Source: Saprospiraceae bacterium | Lineage (GTDB): Bacteria > Bacteroidota > Bacteroidia > Chitinophagales > Saprospiraceae | Reading direction: 5' to 3' | NCBI GenBank assembly: GCA_017996375.1 | Contig: JAGOHC010000001.1 | Span: forward strand, 1-62,873 | Length of the DNA: 62,873 nt | In this document: in pieces, positions 19,047-28,410 of the stretch | Layout of the letters: each line of letters starts with the position of its first letter | Position numbering within the stretch: the first letter of the stretch is position 1 | Position numbers and translations under genes: made by a program | The notes under the pieces: generated by a model | What the model saw: the letters and a program-made list of their open reading frames with translations, nothing else | What the model was told of the DNA's origin: nothing | Database searches by the model: none

Positions 19047-19451
19047 ATGATGAATGAATCGTTATCCACAATTATGGCTACTAAGTTATATACTGTAGTA
19101 CCGTCTGATACCTTGCAGAAAGTCAGACAAATATTTTCGAATCACCGTATTCATCATTTGCCTGTTCTGGAGGGCAAAAAGTTAGTAGGTATCCTTACCA
19201 CGCACGACCTTTGGCACTTAAATCGTTTGTTTGAAGATTATGACGACATCTTGGTACGCGATGTGATGACGCGCCATTTGGCAACACTCAATCCAGATGA
19301 AAAAGTAGGTGCTGCGGCGGAAATATTTTTGGAAAACCGCTTCCATGCAGTACCCGTAGTGAATGAAGATTTCGACTTGGTAGGGTTGATAACTTCTTTC
19401 GATATCCTTCGGTATGCATTCAAAAAAGAGTACCCGAATCAGGATATTTAA
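19047..19451 (+). CDS. CBS-domain pair protein
   Basis: 134 aa with two CBS repeats (HRIHHLPVLEGKKLVGILTTHD and NRFHAVPVVNEDFDLVGLITSFD). Confidence 0.8.
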   Translation: MMNESLSTIMATKLYTVVPSDTLQKVRQIFSNHRIHHLPVLEGKKLVGILTTHDLWHLNRLFEDYDDILVRDVMTRHLATLNPDEKVGAAAEIFLENRFHAVPVVNEDFDLVGLITSFDILRYAFKKEYPNQDI

Positions 19452-19644
19452 CTACGAAATCTACGCAAGCAATATCAATAAGTTGTCACAAAATTGCTCT
19501 AAAAGCGATTTTTTAGACGAATTATTGTTAAATTTAATTTTTTAACAGTAAAAATTACGCAAATTGTGCATTATTGCATAATATTGTAAAGTTTAAAGTT
19601 GGTGACTATAAAAAAACTGCCTTCTCATTTTCAATAGAAATACA

Positions 19645-19652
19645 TAATTTTG
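19645..19652 (+). promoter_or_regulatory. -7 box TAatTTTG upstream of the PorP/SprF gene
   Basis: There is an exact TAnnTTTG match 24 nt upstream of ATG 19676. This supports the internal start over the track start at 19574. Confidence 0.45.
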
Positions 19653-19675
19653 CTCAGATAAACTTCTATTATTAT

Positions 19676-20728
19676 ATGCAAAAGCAATTAAAATCGCTAC
19701 TCTTTGGTATTACGTTTCTTTGTTGGCTTGTCGGTTTGCAGGCGCAGGATATACATTTCTCGCAATTTTATATGTCGCCACTCAACCTAAATCCAGCAAT
19801 GACGGGTGTGATGAATTGTAACGTTCGCGTGTCCGGCATCTACCGCAGCCAATGGTCAAGCATCCTTAGATCTAATGCGTACTCAACTTACTCAGTATCC
19901 TACGACCAGCGAATCCCCGTAGGTCGTTACGATTATTTCGGTGTGGGTGGTACGTTCTGGGGTGATAAAGCTGGCGAGTCGCAGTTCGCCACCATACAAG
20001 GGAAACTTTCTGGCTCATTCAGCAAAAAAATGGGCGGCTATCGCTCTCGCGCCAACTATTTGGTGTTTGGTGCAGAGGTTGGGTTGTCGCAACGCAGTTT
20101 GGATTTCTTAGCACTCCGTTACGGGCTTCAGCATAACGGCGACGGTGGGTTTGACCCTGGGTTGCCAAGTTTTGAATCATTCAACCGCGACAACTATCTG
20201 TTTATGGATGTATCGGCTGGGGTGTTGTGGTTTTCTACTTTTGATGAAGACAATAACGTATATGTCGGTGGGTCATTTAGCCACCTGAATGGACCTAATC
20301 AATCTTTTAACAAAGAGAAGTTCGAAAAATTATACAGCAAATATACTATTCACGCAGGCGGTGAGTTTATGGTTTCTGATCGCTTTGGTTTCGTGCCGGG
20401 TATTGTTGGGTTCAAGCAAGGACCTTCATTTGAGTTGAATGGTGGCACAAGTGCTAAAGTTGTACTTAGTAATCGCAACAACTCCTACCAAGCGGTACTG
20501 TTTGGTATTTGGATGCGTTTGGCAAATCGTTATAGCGGTGGTATCTTAGCTGATGCGGCTATCCTGAATGCACGTTTCGATTACGAAAATTTCAACATCG
20601 GGTTCAGCTATGATATGAATGTATCTTCGCTCCGCCCTGCATCAAATGGCTTCGGCGCATTTGAGTTTGCTATGACTTACAAATTCTGCGGTCCTGAAAA
20701 GCGCAATGTATATTGCCCGAGTTTCTAA
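19676..20728 (+). CDS. PorP/SprF-family type IX secretion outer-membrane protein
   Basis: The start is moved to ATG 19676 (MQKQLKSLLFGITFLCWLVGLQAQ). The mature N-terminus DIHFSQFYMSPLNLNPAMTG is the PorP/SprF signature. Confidence 0.8.
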   Translation: MQKQLKSLLFGITFLCWLVGLQAQDIHFSQFYMSPLNLNPAMTGVMNCNVRVSGIYRSQWSSILRSNAYSTYSVSYDQRIPVGRYDYFGVGGTFWGDKAGESQFATIQGKLSGSFSKKMGGYRSRANYLVFGAEVGLSQRSLDFLALRYGLQHNGDGGFDPGLPSFESFNRDNYLFMDVSAGVLWFSTFDEDNNVYVGGSFSHLNGPNQSFNKEKFEKLYSKYTIHAGGEFMVSDRFGFVPGIVGFKQGPSFELNGGTSAKVVLSNRNNSYQAVLFGIWMRLANRYSGGILADAAILNARFDYENFNIGFSYDMNVSSLRPASNGFGAFEFAMTYKFCGPEKRNVYCPSF

Positions 20729-20767
20729 CCGCCGTTTAAAGAATAAAATTAAACAATCTACATTTGG

Positions 20768-20803
20768 CTGCATTCCACTTCGGTGCGAGTGCAGTTTTTT
20801 TTT
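20768..20803 (+). terminator. Intrinsic terminator of the PorP/SprF gene
   Basis: A long interrupted hairpin (CTGCATTCCAC TTCG GTGCGAGTGCAG, with a TTCG tetraloop) is followed by nine T. Confidence 0.8.
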
Positions 20804-20840
20804 GTGTTCTGTTTTTGCTACTCTTGCCGCTACCTATGAA

Positions 20841-20873
20841 AAGAGCGATGCCATTTTGTATGACATCGCTCTT
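20841..20873 (-). terminator. Hairpin downstream of ilvE
   Basis: AAGAGCGATG (20841-20850) pairs with CATCGCTCTT (20864-20873). It lies 42 nt past the ilvE stop. The U-tract is weak on either strand. Confidence 0.4.
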
Positions 20874-20914
20874 TAATTATTACTTTGTATAAAAAACGTG
20901 CTGTTTGATTTTTT

Positions 20915-21991
20915 CTATACCTCTTGGGCAACATCTGTCCGAATGGGCATCATCCAGCCAAACGTATCTTCTACTGTGCCTTTACGAATAGCTTCTATTT
21001 CTGATTTCAAGAAGTCTGCCACCTTAAAACTATCCACATTAAACTCCATAGTGAGATTGCGATAAGTAACTTTATTTACCTTAGCTACCAAAGCTGCCGT
21101 GCCTGCACCGAATACTTCTTGCAATTTACCTTGGCGATAAGCCTCAGCAACATATTCGATATCCAAATGCGCTTCTTGCACTTCGTAACCTCTGTGGCGA
21201 AGCAACTTTATGAAACTGTCGCGCGTGATACCTTTCAGTATTGTACCCTCTGTTTCAGGTGTTACCACCTTGCCGTCTATCACGAAGAATAAATTCATCG
21301 TACCAACTTCTTGCACATAGCGGAACTCCGTAGAGTCGAGCCACATAACTTGGTCGTACCCTTTTTCTTTTGCTAATTTTGCAGGTAGTAAAGATGCTGC
21401 GTAGTTGCCGGCACATTTAGCTTCCCCAACTCCCCCGCGTGCAGCGCGTGCATAATGCTCCTCTACTAATAGACTGACCGGCTTGGTATAATATGGACCT
21501 ACTGGACAGCAGAATATAATAAAACGATAAACATCTGAAGGAGCAACGCCTATAAATTCGCCATTGGCAAACATATACGGACGGATGTATAACGAACTAC
21601 CTGGCGTATCGGGAATCCACGATTCTTCTATGCTGCAAAGTGTGTGCAAAGCGTCCATGAATAAATCTTCGGGTACTGTTGGCATACACATCCGCTTTGC
21701 GGAAAGGTTGAATCTGGTAATATTGGCATCGGGGCGAAAGAGCGTAGCTTTATCATTTTTGTTTTTGAAAACTTTCATGCCTTCAAATATAGCTTGTCCG
21801 TAATGAAGTGCTAAATTTGCAGGATGAATTTCAAAATTGCCGAATGGAATGATTCGGGGTTGTACCCATTCGCCTTCGATATAATCACAAACAAACATAT
21901 GGTCAGAGAAAACTCTGCCAAACGGGATGTTATTAAAATCTACGGACGGCAAACGGGAGGCTGATGATAAGGTAACTGCTATATTAGTCAT
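20915..21991 (-). CDS. ilvE: Branched-chain-amino-acid aminotransferase
   Basis: The start is moved to ATG 21991 (MTNIAVTL...). Motifs: FGRVFSDHMF, LHYGQAIFEGMK, GVGEAKCAGNYAASL, GITRDS. Confidence 0.9.
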   Translation of the reverse strand: MTNIAVTLSSASRLPSVDFNNIPFGRVFSDHMFVCDYIEGEWVQPRIIPFGNFEIHPANLALHYGQAIFEGMKVFKNKNDKATLFRPDANITRFNLSAKRMCMPTVPEDLFMDALHTLCSIEESWIPDTPGSSLYIRPYMFANGEFIGVAPSDVYRFIIFCCPVGPYYTKPVSLLVEEHYARAARGGVGEAKCAGNYAASLLPAKLAKEKGYDQVMWLDSTEFRYVQEVGTMNLFFVIDGKVVTPETEGTILKGITRDSFIKLLRHRGYEVQEAHLDIEYVAEAYRQGKLQEVFGAGTAALVAKVNKVTYRNLTMEFNVDSFKVADFLKSEIEAIRKGTVEDTFGWMMPIRTDVAQEV

Positions 21992-22089
21992 ATGGCATTG
22001 GTTTAACTTAGTGCAAAAATACATTAAAATATTCATTTATTCTAAAATTTCATAATAAAGTTTTAATTCTTTGTCTTTAATTTTGCAAA

Positions 22090-22539
22090 ATGATTAATAA
22101 TACAAATTATATTTTTTTAAATACATACTTAAAGTATGATGTGTTTGATGTGCCCGATGCACCTTTATCACAAAATAGTGAAGCCAAAATACTGTTCGTT
22201 GCTACTGATGTCAGCACGTATGCACAATTTACAGATACTATAGAAAAAATCATTCAAGCACTAGAGCTAGATATTGAGCGCGACGTAGTCATACATTTAG
22301 TACAACCCAACGATAAGTTTAACATTCCTGCTATTCATGCCACTTACGGTTGTCGCTACTACCTACTCTTTGGCAACTTGGCGTAACAGTTTGGGCTGCG
22401 ACTTTCTCCACAAAAAAATACGCCGTTCTATATCCAGGATATAGTTATTGTACTTACAGATTCGCTCCATCAATTAGCCTTGCAACCTGCACTAAAACGC
22501 CCACTGTGGGATTGCCTGAAATCTTTGCTCACAAAGTAA
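22090..22539 (+). pseudogene. Small conserved-looking hypothetical gene interrupted by one in-frame TAA (22384-22386)
   Basis: The track ORF 22090-22386 (98 aa) ends ...YYLLFGNLA*. The same frame stays open for 50 more codons (QFGLRLSPQKNTPFYIQDIVIVLTDSLHQLALQPALKRPLWDCLKSLLTK*) and stops at 22537-22539. The tail resembles the C-terminal L-x-x-L-x-x-x-P-x-x-K-x-x-LW motif of DNA polymerase III psi-like proteins. Confidence 0.5.
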
Positions 22540-22647
22540 ACAAAACGTATGTCGTACAGATATTTGTTTTTATCTAAATAATTTACCCCCGCTATATTAT
22601 TGCAGTATCTTTGGTTATCACAAGCATCTTGATAAAACCATTTGTAT

Positions 22648-23886
22648 ATGAACCTTTCGGAGAATATTAAAATAGCTTTCAGGTCTGTGCGTTCCAATAT
22701 GTTGCGTGCTGTACTGACGTTGCTCATTATTGCCTTTGGCATCATGGCATTGGTGGGCATCCTGACTGCCATTGATAGCATACTGTATTCGTTGAGTAGC
22801 AACTTTTCGTTCTTGGGTGCTAACTCCTTTGTAATTTCTCCAAAAGACAACGACGGGGCGCGTGGAAATCGAGGAGGGCGCAATCGCATTGGTGAGCGTA
22901 TCACTTACGATGAAGCCTTTGATTTTAAGGAGCATTATAATTTTCCGGCATTGGTGGCACTCTCTACCGATGGAAGTTGGCAGACAACCGTGCGGTTTCA
23001 GGATAAAAAAACTAACCCAAACATACGGTTTAGAGGCGTGGATAATAACTTCTTTGCAGTACGCGGATACGAGTTGGAAGCAGGGCGCAACTTCTCTGAA
23101 ACAGAAATTAACAATGGAGTAAACAGAGCTGTTATTGGGCGCGATTTAGTGAATGCTCTGTTTGACAAAAAACCCGAGAGAGCAATAAATCAAGATATTT
23201 CAGTAAACAACATTCGATATCGGGTAATAGGTGTATTGAAATCAAAAGGCTCCAGTATGTCGCAAAACAGCGACCGCGTAGTGATGATACCCGTACTCAA
23301 TGCCAAGTACAATTTTGCTTCGGATGCTACCAATTTCCAAGTCAATGTAGGTGTAAATAATGCAGCTAATATTGATGAAGCTACGGCAACGGCGGTAGGT
23401 ACTATGCGCCAAGTTCGCAAATTGCGCTTAGGGCAAGAAGATGATTTTGAGATATTCAAAAGCGATGGGTTGCTCACCATCCTGAAGGAAAACACCGTCA
23501 AACTTCGTATGGCAGCCATCGCTATCGGGCTCATGACGCTGTTAGGTGCTGCTATCGGGCTCATGAATATTATGTTGGTATCTGTTACCGAGCGCACTAA
23601 AGAAATCGGCATTAGTAAAGCCATTGGCGCAACGAGCCGCAATATTTTGGTGCAATTCCTCACTGAAGCTATCGTCATTTGTCAGTTGGGTGGGCTGTTG
23701 GGCATCGTGTTGGGCATCATCGTTGGGAACATCGTTTCGTTTGTCACGGGTGGTTCGTTTTACATCCCTTGGGATTGGATTATTCTGGGCATCATCACCT
23801 GCATGGTTGTAGGTTTGTTTTCGGGTTTATATCCTGCACTCAAAGCTGCGCGTTTAGACCCTATTGAGTCTTTACGGTATGAGTAA
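22648..23886 (+). CDS. ABC transporter permease, MacB/FtsX family
   Basis: The start is moved to ATG 22648 (MNLSENIKIAFRSVRSNMLRA). The layout is an N-terminal TM helix, a large periplasmic domain, then three C-terminal TM helices (FtsX domain; ERTKEIGISKAIGA; LYPALKAARLDPIESLRYE). Confidence 0.85.
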   Translation: MNLSENIKIAFRSVRSNMLRAVLTLLIIAFGIMALVGILTAIDSILYSLSSNFSFLGANSFVISPKDNDGARGNRGGRNRIGERITYDEAFDFKEHYNFPALVALSTDGSWQTTVRFQDKKTNPNIRFRGVDNNFFAVRGYELEAGRNFSETEINNGVNRAVIGRDLVNALFDKKPERAINQDISVNNIRYRVIGVLKSKGSSMSQNSDRVVMIPVLNAKYNFASDATNFQVNVGVNNAANIDEATATAVGTMRQVRKLRLGQEDDFEIFKSDGLLTILKENTVKLRMAAIAIGLMTLLGAAIGLMNIMLVSVTERTKEIGISKAIGATSRNILVQFLTEAIVICQLGGLLGIVLGIIVGNIVSFVTGGSFYIPWDWIILGIITCMVVGLFSGLYPALKAARLDPIESLRYE

Positions 23887-23992
23887 CACAGGCGATAGTT
23901 TTGCTTCATTCATCGGAATCGACACCTCCAGTTGTAAAAACTGAAAAGAACATTCCGTTGAATTTACAGACACCGCCGCCGCCCATCTCAAA

Positions 23993-24298
23993 CTAAAGGT
24001 TATGCGGTTTCATTTTCAAATCGTTATTACCATTCAATAGTTTATATTTTTTATCGGGAAAAGTCTTGAACGTTTTTCCGTCAAAGCGGCAAATACCGCC
24101 TACGGTTAAAAACCAAATATTACTTTTATCATCTTCTTGAATGGTAAACACCTGATTATCACACAAGCCATTTTTAGCAGTAAATTGTACCAAGGTTATG
24201 CCGTCAAAGCGGTATGCACCTTTGCCATTTGTGGCAAACCAATAATTGCCCTGCTTATCCTGAAATATATAATTTACAGCGCTGCCCACCTCCGACAC
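23993..24298 (-). CDS. Short protein made of two-component-regulator propeller (Reg_prop) repeats; possibly a fragment
   Basis: 101-aa ORF with a GTG start. It carries repeats GNYWFATNGKGAYRFDG and SNIWFLTVGGICRFDG. No signal peptide or downstream domains are present. Confidence 0.4.
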   Translation of the reverse strand: MSEVGSAVNYIFQDKQGNYWFATNGKGAYRFDGITLVQFTAKNGLCDNQVFTIQEDDKSNIWFLTVGGICRFDGKTFKTFPDKKYKLLNGNNDLKMKPHNL

Positions 24299-24416
24299 TA
24301 CAATTGCTTAGCTTAGTGCCGCAGGCTTCACTTTTTGAAAACTGCAACTCGGCAGTCAAAAAAATAATACTGTTATAATAAATTTATACGTCGGTAGGTT
24401 TTGATAAACGTTACTA

Positions 24417-25481
24417 CTACACCTTAAACGCCATGAGCTTATCTTTGATGTACTGGTCAAAAGCAACCTTTTCGTCAAAGTGAAAATTCACCTTTACGGG
24501 TAACAAATAAATAGGCAACTTATGTTCTTGAATGTAACCATAGAAACGCTCCAAGCGCATGGCATCTTTTTCGGTTGTTATGATAATCTTTTTATCCGAA
24601 GCAATGGCATCAAATTGTTTTTTAATATCACCCAAATCGTATTCATCAAAAAAGTGATGGTCAGCATATTCCAATGCTTTGATAGATTTCGCCTTCGTGC
24701 CTAAGTACCGCTCCATATACTCCGTATTAGCAATGGCACTCACCAATAGCACATCCGTATCGCCAATTAGCGGATAGCGATAATAGCCGTTAAACATAAA
24801 GTACGGATGCCCATAATCATAATAGGAAAAAAACACTTGCTGATGCGGATAAGGTTGCAACTTAGCAAGCATTTGTTGGCGGTCGGCTTCTGAGAGTTGT
24901 GGCGGGCATTTAGAAACAACTATCACGTCAGCACGTTTGTACGCCTCCGGCTGTTCGCGCAATCTGCCGGCAGGCAAAAGTATATCATCCGTAAAGGGAT
25001 GCCCATATTCAGTAAGTAAAATATTTTGATAGGGCTTCACTGCCCGATGCTGAAAAGCATCATCGAGCAAAATGACTTGTGTGTCCGGACGTTGCATCAT
25101 CAGTTGTGGGATACCCAACGAGCGACTTTCGGCAACCGTCACCATCGTTTCGGGATATTTGCGCTTGTATTGCAATGGCTCATCGCCTACATCGGTGGCG
25201 CGGTGTTGCGGTTGTACTTGTAGGTAGCCTGCAGTTTTGCGTTTGTATCCTCTGCTCAAGGTAGCCACATTGATGTATTGGCGCAGCAAGGTAATTAAAT
25301 ATTCGATATGCGGTGTTTTACCTGCTCCTCCTACGGATAAGTTACCTACCGAAATAACCGGTACGTCAAAACGCACTTCACGAAGTAAACCTTTATCATA
25401 TAGTTTATTGCGGATGGATACCCCTAAGCCGTATAGTATCGAAAATGGGTATAATAATATTTTTACAAGAAGCTGTTGCAT
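24417..25481 (-). CDS. lpxK: Tetraacyldisaccharide 4'-kinase
   Basis: The start is moved to ATG 25481 (MQQLLVKILLYPFSILYG). The P-loop is VGNLSVGGAGKTP, followed by the DDAFQH motif. Confidence 0.9.
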   Translation of the reverse strand: MQQLLVKILLYPFSILYGLGVSIRNKLYDKGLLREVRFDVPVISVGNLSVGGAGKTPHIEYLITLLRQYINVATLSRGYKRKTAGYLQVQPQHRATDVGDEPLQYKRKYPETMVTVAESRSLGIPQLMMQRPDTQVILLDDAFQHRAVKPYQNILLTEYGHPFTDDILLPAGRLREQPEAYKRADVIVVSKCPPQLSEADRQQMLAKLQPYPHQQVFFSYYDYGHPYFMFNGYYRYPLIGDTDVLLVSAIANTEYMERYLGTKAKSIKALEYADHHFFDEYDLGDIKKQFDAIASDKKIIITTEKDAMRLERFYGYIQEHKLPIYLLPVKVNFHFDEKVAFDQYIKDKLMAFKV

Positions 25482-25486
25482 ATCAA

Positions 25487-26113
25487 TTACGTTGTGATTT
25501 CCTCCAACGCATCGAACCAATCGTTCATTTCATCAAATGACTTAAAGCCAACCTTTTCTTCTTCGCTGCCGCTTACGCAAACGCCTTTCGGCGAAATGGA
25601 AGATAGTATATCGGGTAACTCCTCTACACGATGCGTTATATTGAGCAAGATGGGATATTGCTCACACCATGCGCGCAGTTGCTCACGATGCTGTGGCGAA
25701 AGTGAATCCCACGCAAACCCATTACGGGTATAATCCAACAAGAACCAATCCACAGCTAATTGGTTTGTAGCGAATAGAGTATCCGCAAAGGCTACATTTT
25801 GCAAATCTTCTAATATAACCTCCTGAATAACAGTAACTTGTATCAGCAATCGAATCGTGCGAGCATCGGCAAACTGGTTAATTTGAATGACATTTAGTCC
25901 TGACGTATTGACAAAATCTATCACTTCCAAAGGGGTTAACCACCCTACTTCGGCAACTACGGCTGCACCTGCAATCCATTCTTTAATGGCGTTGATAGTA
26001 GTGATTGAAATTTTCGAAATATCGAACCCGATATAATCAACATACTGTGCGGCGAAGTAACGCGCATCCGTCAGGTTAGTAATTGCATCTGCTTTTATGA
26101 TTGGTTTTTGCAT
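25487..26113 (-). CDS. Phosphoribosylanthranilate-isomerase-like (TrpF-fold) protein, divergent
   Basis: 208 aa. It shows the N-terminal pattern IKADAITNLTDARYFAAQYVDYIGF and the C-terminal pattern GVCVSGSEEEKVGFKSFDEMNDWF, which mirror the PRAI termini. The canonical N-terminal Cys (KICG) is Ala here. Confidence 0.45.
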   Translation of the reverse strand: MQKPIIKADAITNLTDARYFAAQYVDYIGFDISKISITTINAIKEWIAGAAVVAEVGWLTPLEVIDFVNTSGLNVIQINQFADARTIRLLIQVTVIQEVILEDLQNVAFADTLFATNQLAVDWFLLDYTRNGFAWDSLSPQHREQLRAWCEQYPILLNITHRVEELPDILSSISPKGVCVSGSEEEKVGFKSFDEMNDWFDALEEITT

Positions 26114-26128
26114 AACAGCAACACACTA

Positions 26129-26935
26129 CTATTCCGAAACCGTAAGTAAAGCGGGGTTCATGCCCATTGTGCTAAAACCACCATCATGGTATAAATTCTG
26201 CATCGTTACGCTGCGCGTAAGGTCGGAGAAAAGTGCCACACAATAGTCTGCACAGGCTTCTGCACTTGCATTGCCTAATGGCGACATTTTATCGGCGTAG
26301 CTAAAAAAGTCCATAAAACCTTTCACGCCACTGCCGGCAGTTGTTACGGTTGGTGATTGCGAAATAGTATTGACGCGCACCTTTTTTGCCGTACCGAAAT
26401 GATACCCAAAACTGCGGGCAAACGATTCGAGCAATGCTTTACTCTCTGCCATTTCACTGTAATCTGGAAACACCCGTTGTGCTGCAATATAGGTAAGCGC
26501 TACGATGGAGCCGCCGTCATTGATAGCATCTAACTTCCAGATGGTTTGCATCATTTTATGAAAAGAAATAGCAGATATATCGAAGGTTTTTTGCATGAAC
26601 TCATAGTTGAGGTCGGTATAGCTTTTTCCCTTGCGCACGTTTAGCGACATACCAATTGAATGTAGCACAAAGTCCACCTTCCCTCCGAACAGTTCCATAC
26701 TTTTTGTAAAAAGGTTTTCCAAATCTTCGAGGGAAGTAGCATCGGCTGGTATAATTTCAGCATTTACTTTTTCGCCGAGTTCCTTTATGGCACCGAAGCG
26801 CATTGCCACGGGCGCATTCGTCAGCACCAATTGCGCTCCTTGCTCATGGCAGTGTTCTGCCACCTTCCAAGCGATAGATTGGCTATCGAGCGCACCGAAT
26901 ATAATTCCTTTTTTTCCTTTTAATAAATTGTTCAT
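26129..26935 (-). CDS. fabI: Enoyl-[acyl-carrier-protein] reductase (NADH), FabI type
   Basis: 268 aa with LKGKKGIIFGALDSQSIAW, HSIGMS, the Y...K catalytic spacing (YIAAQRVFPDYSEMAESKA) and NTISQSP. Confidence 0.9.
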   Translation of the reverse strand: MNNLLKGKKGIIFGALDSQSIAWKVAEHCHEQGAQLVLTNAPVAMRFGAIKELGEKVNAEIIPADATSLEDLENLFTKSMELFGGKVDFVLHSIGMSLNVRKGKSYTDLNYEFMQKTFDISAISFHKMMQTIWKLDAINDGGSIVALTYIAAQRVFPDYSEMAESKALLESFARSFGYHFGTAKKVRVNTISQSPTVTTAGSGVKGFMDFFSYADKMSPLGNASAEACADYCVALFSDLTRSVTMQNLYHDGGFSTMGMNPALLTVSE

Positions 26936-27037
26936 AACAAAAAAATATAGGATATTTTAATAATATTTTTGCTGCTGCAAATATAGAATATTATATTCCA
27001 AATTAAGCGAATGCGCTGAATTTTAAACATACACTAC

Positions 27038-28042
27038 CTATGGCAATCCTACAATTTCTGTGAGAAACTTTTCTGTGCCCTGCTGTACTGATTGCCAATC
27101 TTTAGATAACACATACGAGGCGATAACGTGATTTGCCGAATTAGGGAAGGCTTCCTTTCGCCGAATGGCGGGCGGCGTACCGAGTTGGTCAAACATTTGC
27201 AGCATTGCTGCTACCGATACAATATCATCTTGACGCGCTTCATCTTTGTAGTAATATGCCATATAAGCAGGGCATTTCACTTTAGCAAAAGTGGCAGGTG
27301 TGATGGCATTGGTCAAAAAATTCTGCAACGCAACGGTTGCTTCCAACCGATAGTGCAGCGTCCAATACTGTTGATGAAAGGTATTATTCGGGTGAATATC
27401 ATTATACTCAGAACTCTTCATTAATCGTGCTAATTGTAGTCCCCAATTATTATCTAACAAAGATGCGCCGAGCGCGGCAATTTCGATACAGGGCGAATAC
27501 AACACAATAGCTTTAATTTCGGGGTGACGCGCAGCGAGAAATAAAGTATGCGCTCCACCCGCTGACGTACCGATAACGATAACGGAGTCGCCAAGTTGTT
27601 TTGCAATTTGGTACGCACGCTCCGCAGAAGCTTGGTAATTGTCGGCAGTCAAGTACAGCATATTATCGTTAGTCGTTTTGCGGTCAATGCCGTGTTCTTC
27701 CAAACGAGCCAAGTACAGGTTACAGGCGAAACGTTTTGCTATATTAGTGTGTACGGGTGCGCCTTCCTCTTGCGATGCAGAGAAGCCATGCAAGTATAAT
27801 ATTGCAACAGGTGTTTTAACTTTTTTAGTGCTGTCTGCCCAAACAATACGTGCTTCGTTATTGGGTTTTATGCCTTCGACCTTCTTTTCGCTTTCGCGGA
27901 TGTTGTTTTCTAATAAGACGAGTTCGGATGGTACTGAAGCAATGGCAGTAGCAAAGGTGGGCATCGGCGGATGTTCTCCAAAAAAATAAGCTATCACCAA
28001 CAAGCCAAGCAGGAGTAAAAGCAGTTTTGTTATAGTATGCAT
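27038..28042 (-). CDS. Alpha/beta-hydrolase (esterase/lipase-like), N-terminal membrane anchor or signal
   Basis: 334 aa with a hydrophobic N-terminus, HGFSAS and the nucleophile elbow VIGTSAGG (GxSxG). Confidence 0.7.
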   Translation of the reverse strand: MHTITKLLLLLLGLLVIAYFFGEHPPMPTFATAIASVPSELVLLENNIRESEKKVEGIKPNNEARIVWADSTKKVKTPVAILYLHGFSASQEEGAPVHTNIAKRFACNLYLARLEEHGIDRKTTNDNMLYLTADNYQASAERAYQIAKQLGDSVIVIGTSAGGAHTLFLAARHPEIKAIVLYSPCIEIAALGASLLDNNWGLQLARLMKSSEYNDIHPNNTFHQQYWTLHYRLEATVALQNFLTNAITPATFAKVKCPAYMAYYYKDEARQDDIVSVAAMLQMFDQLGTPPAIRRKEAFPNSANHVIASYVLSKDWQSVQQGTEKFLTEIVGLP

Positions 28043-28099
28043 AAGCAGATACGGATTATGGATGTGCAGATAAAAATAGTGCTTTTGATGCGAAATTCC

Positions 28100-28138
28100 A
28101 AAAAATAAAAATGCCCTGTCAATTTACTGACAAGGGCA
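28100..28138 (-). terminator. Minus-strand intrinsic terminator located upstream of the hydrolase start codon
   Basis: On the minus strand, TGCCCTTGTCA GTAAAT TGACAGGGCA (one bulged base) is followed by TTTTTATTTTTT. It lies about 57 nt upstream of ATG 28042, and no annotated minus-strand gene ends here. Confidence 0.55.
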
Positions 28139-28383
28139 AAACAAAAAACAAAAACTATGAACAAACACTCACCCTTTTCGTAATAAAAATCGGTTTGTGG
28201 GATTTTTACTACTTTAACCAAAACTTACTGTTGCAAAGGAGCAGCTTGCTAAGAATACAAACAAACCACTCCTTTTTAAATTTGTGACTGTGCAAATAAA
28301 ATCAATATGAAAAAATATACTATTTAAACACTTGCAAAACAATAATATACCGCACGGACAACTCAAAAACATCGTGTTCGACG

Positions 28384-28410
28384 TTTCCGAAAAATCACAT
28401 TTTTCGGAAA
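28384..28410. repeat. Perfect inverted repeat TTTCCGAAAAAT-cac-ATTTTTCGGAAA
   Basis: The arms are 12 bp with a 3-nt spacer. It sits in the divergent hydrolase/rimP intergenic region, 46 bp upstream of the rimP -33 element. Confidence 0.8.

Noticed and set aside
22350-22577. 75-aa plus-strand ORF (TTG start) overlapping the end of the 22090 gene
   Set aside because: It is in a different frame and has an implausible sequence. The frame of the upstream gene itself continues past one TAA and gives a far more protein-like tail.
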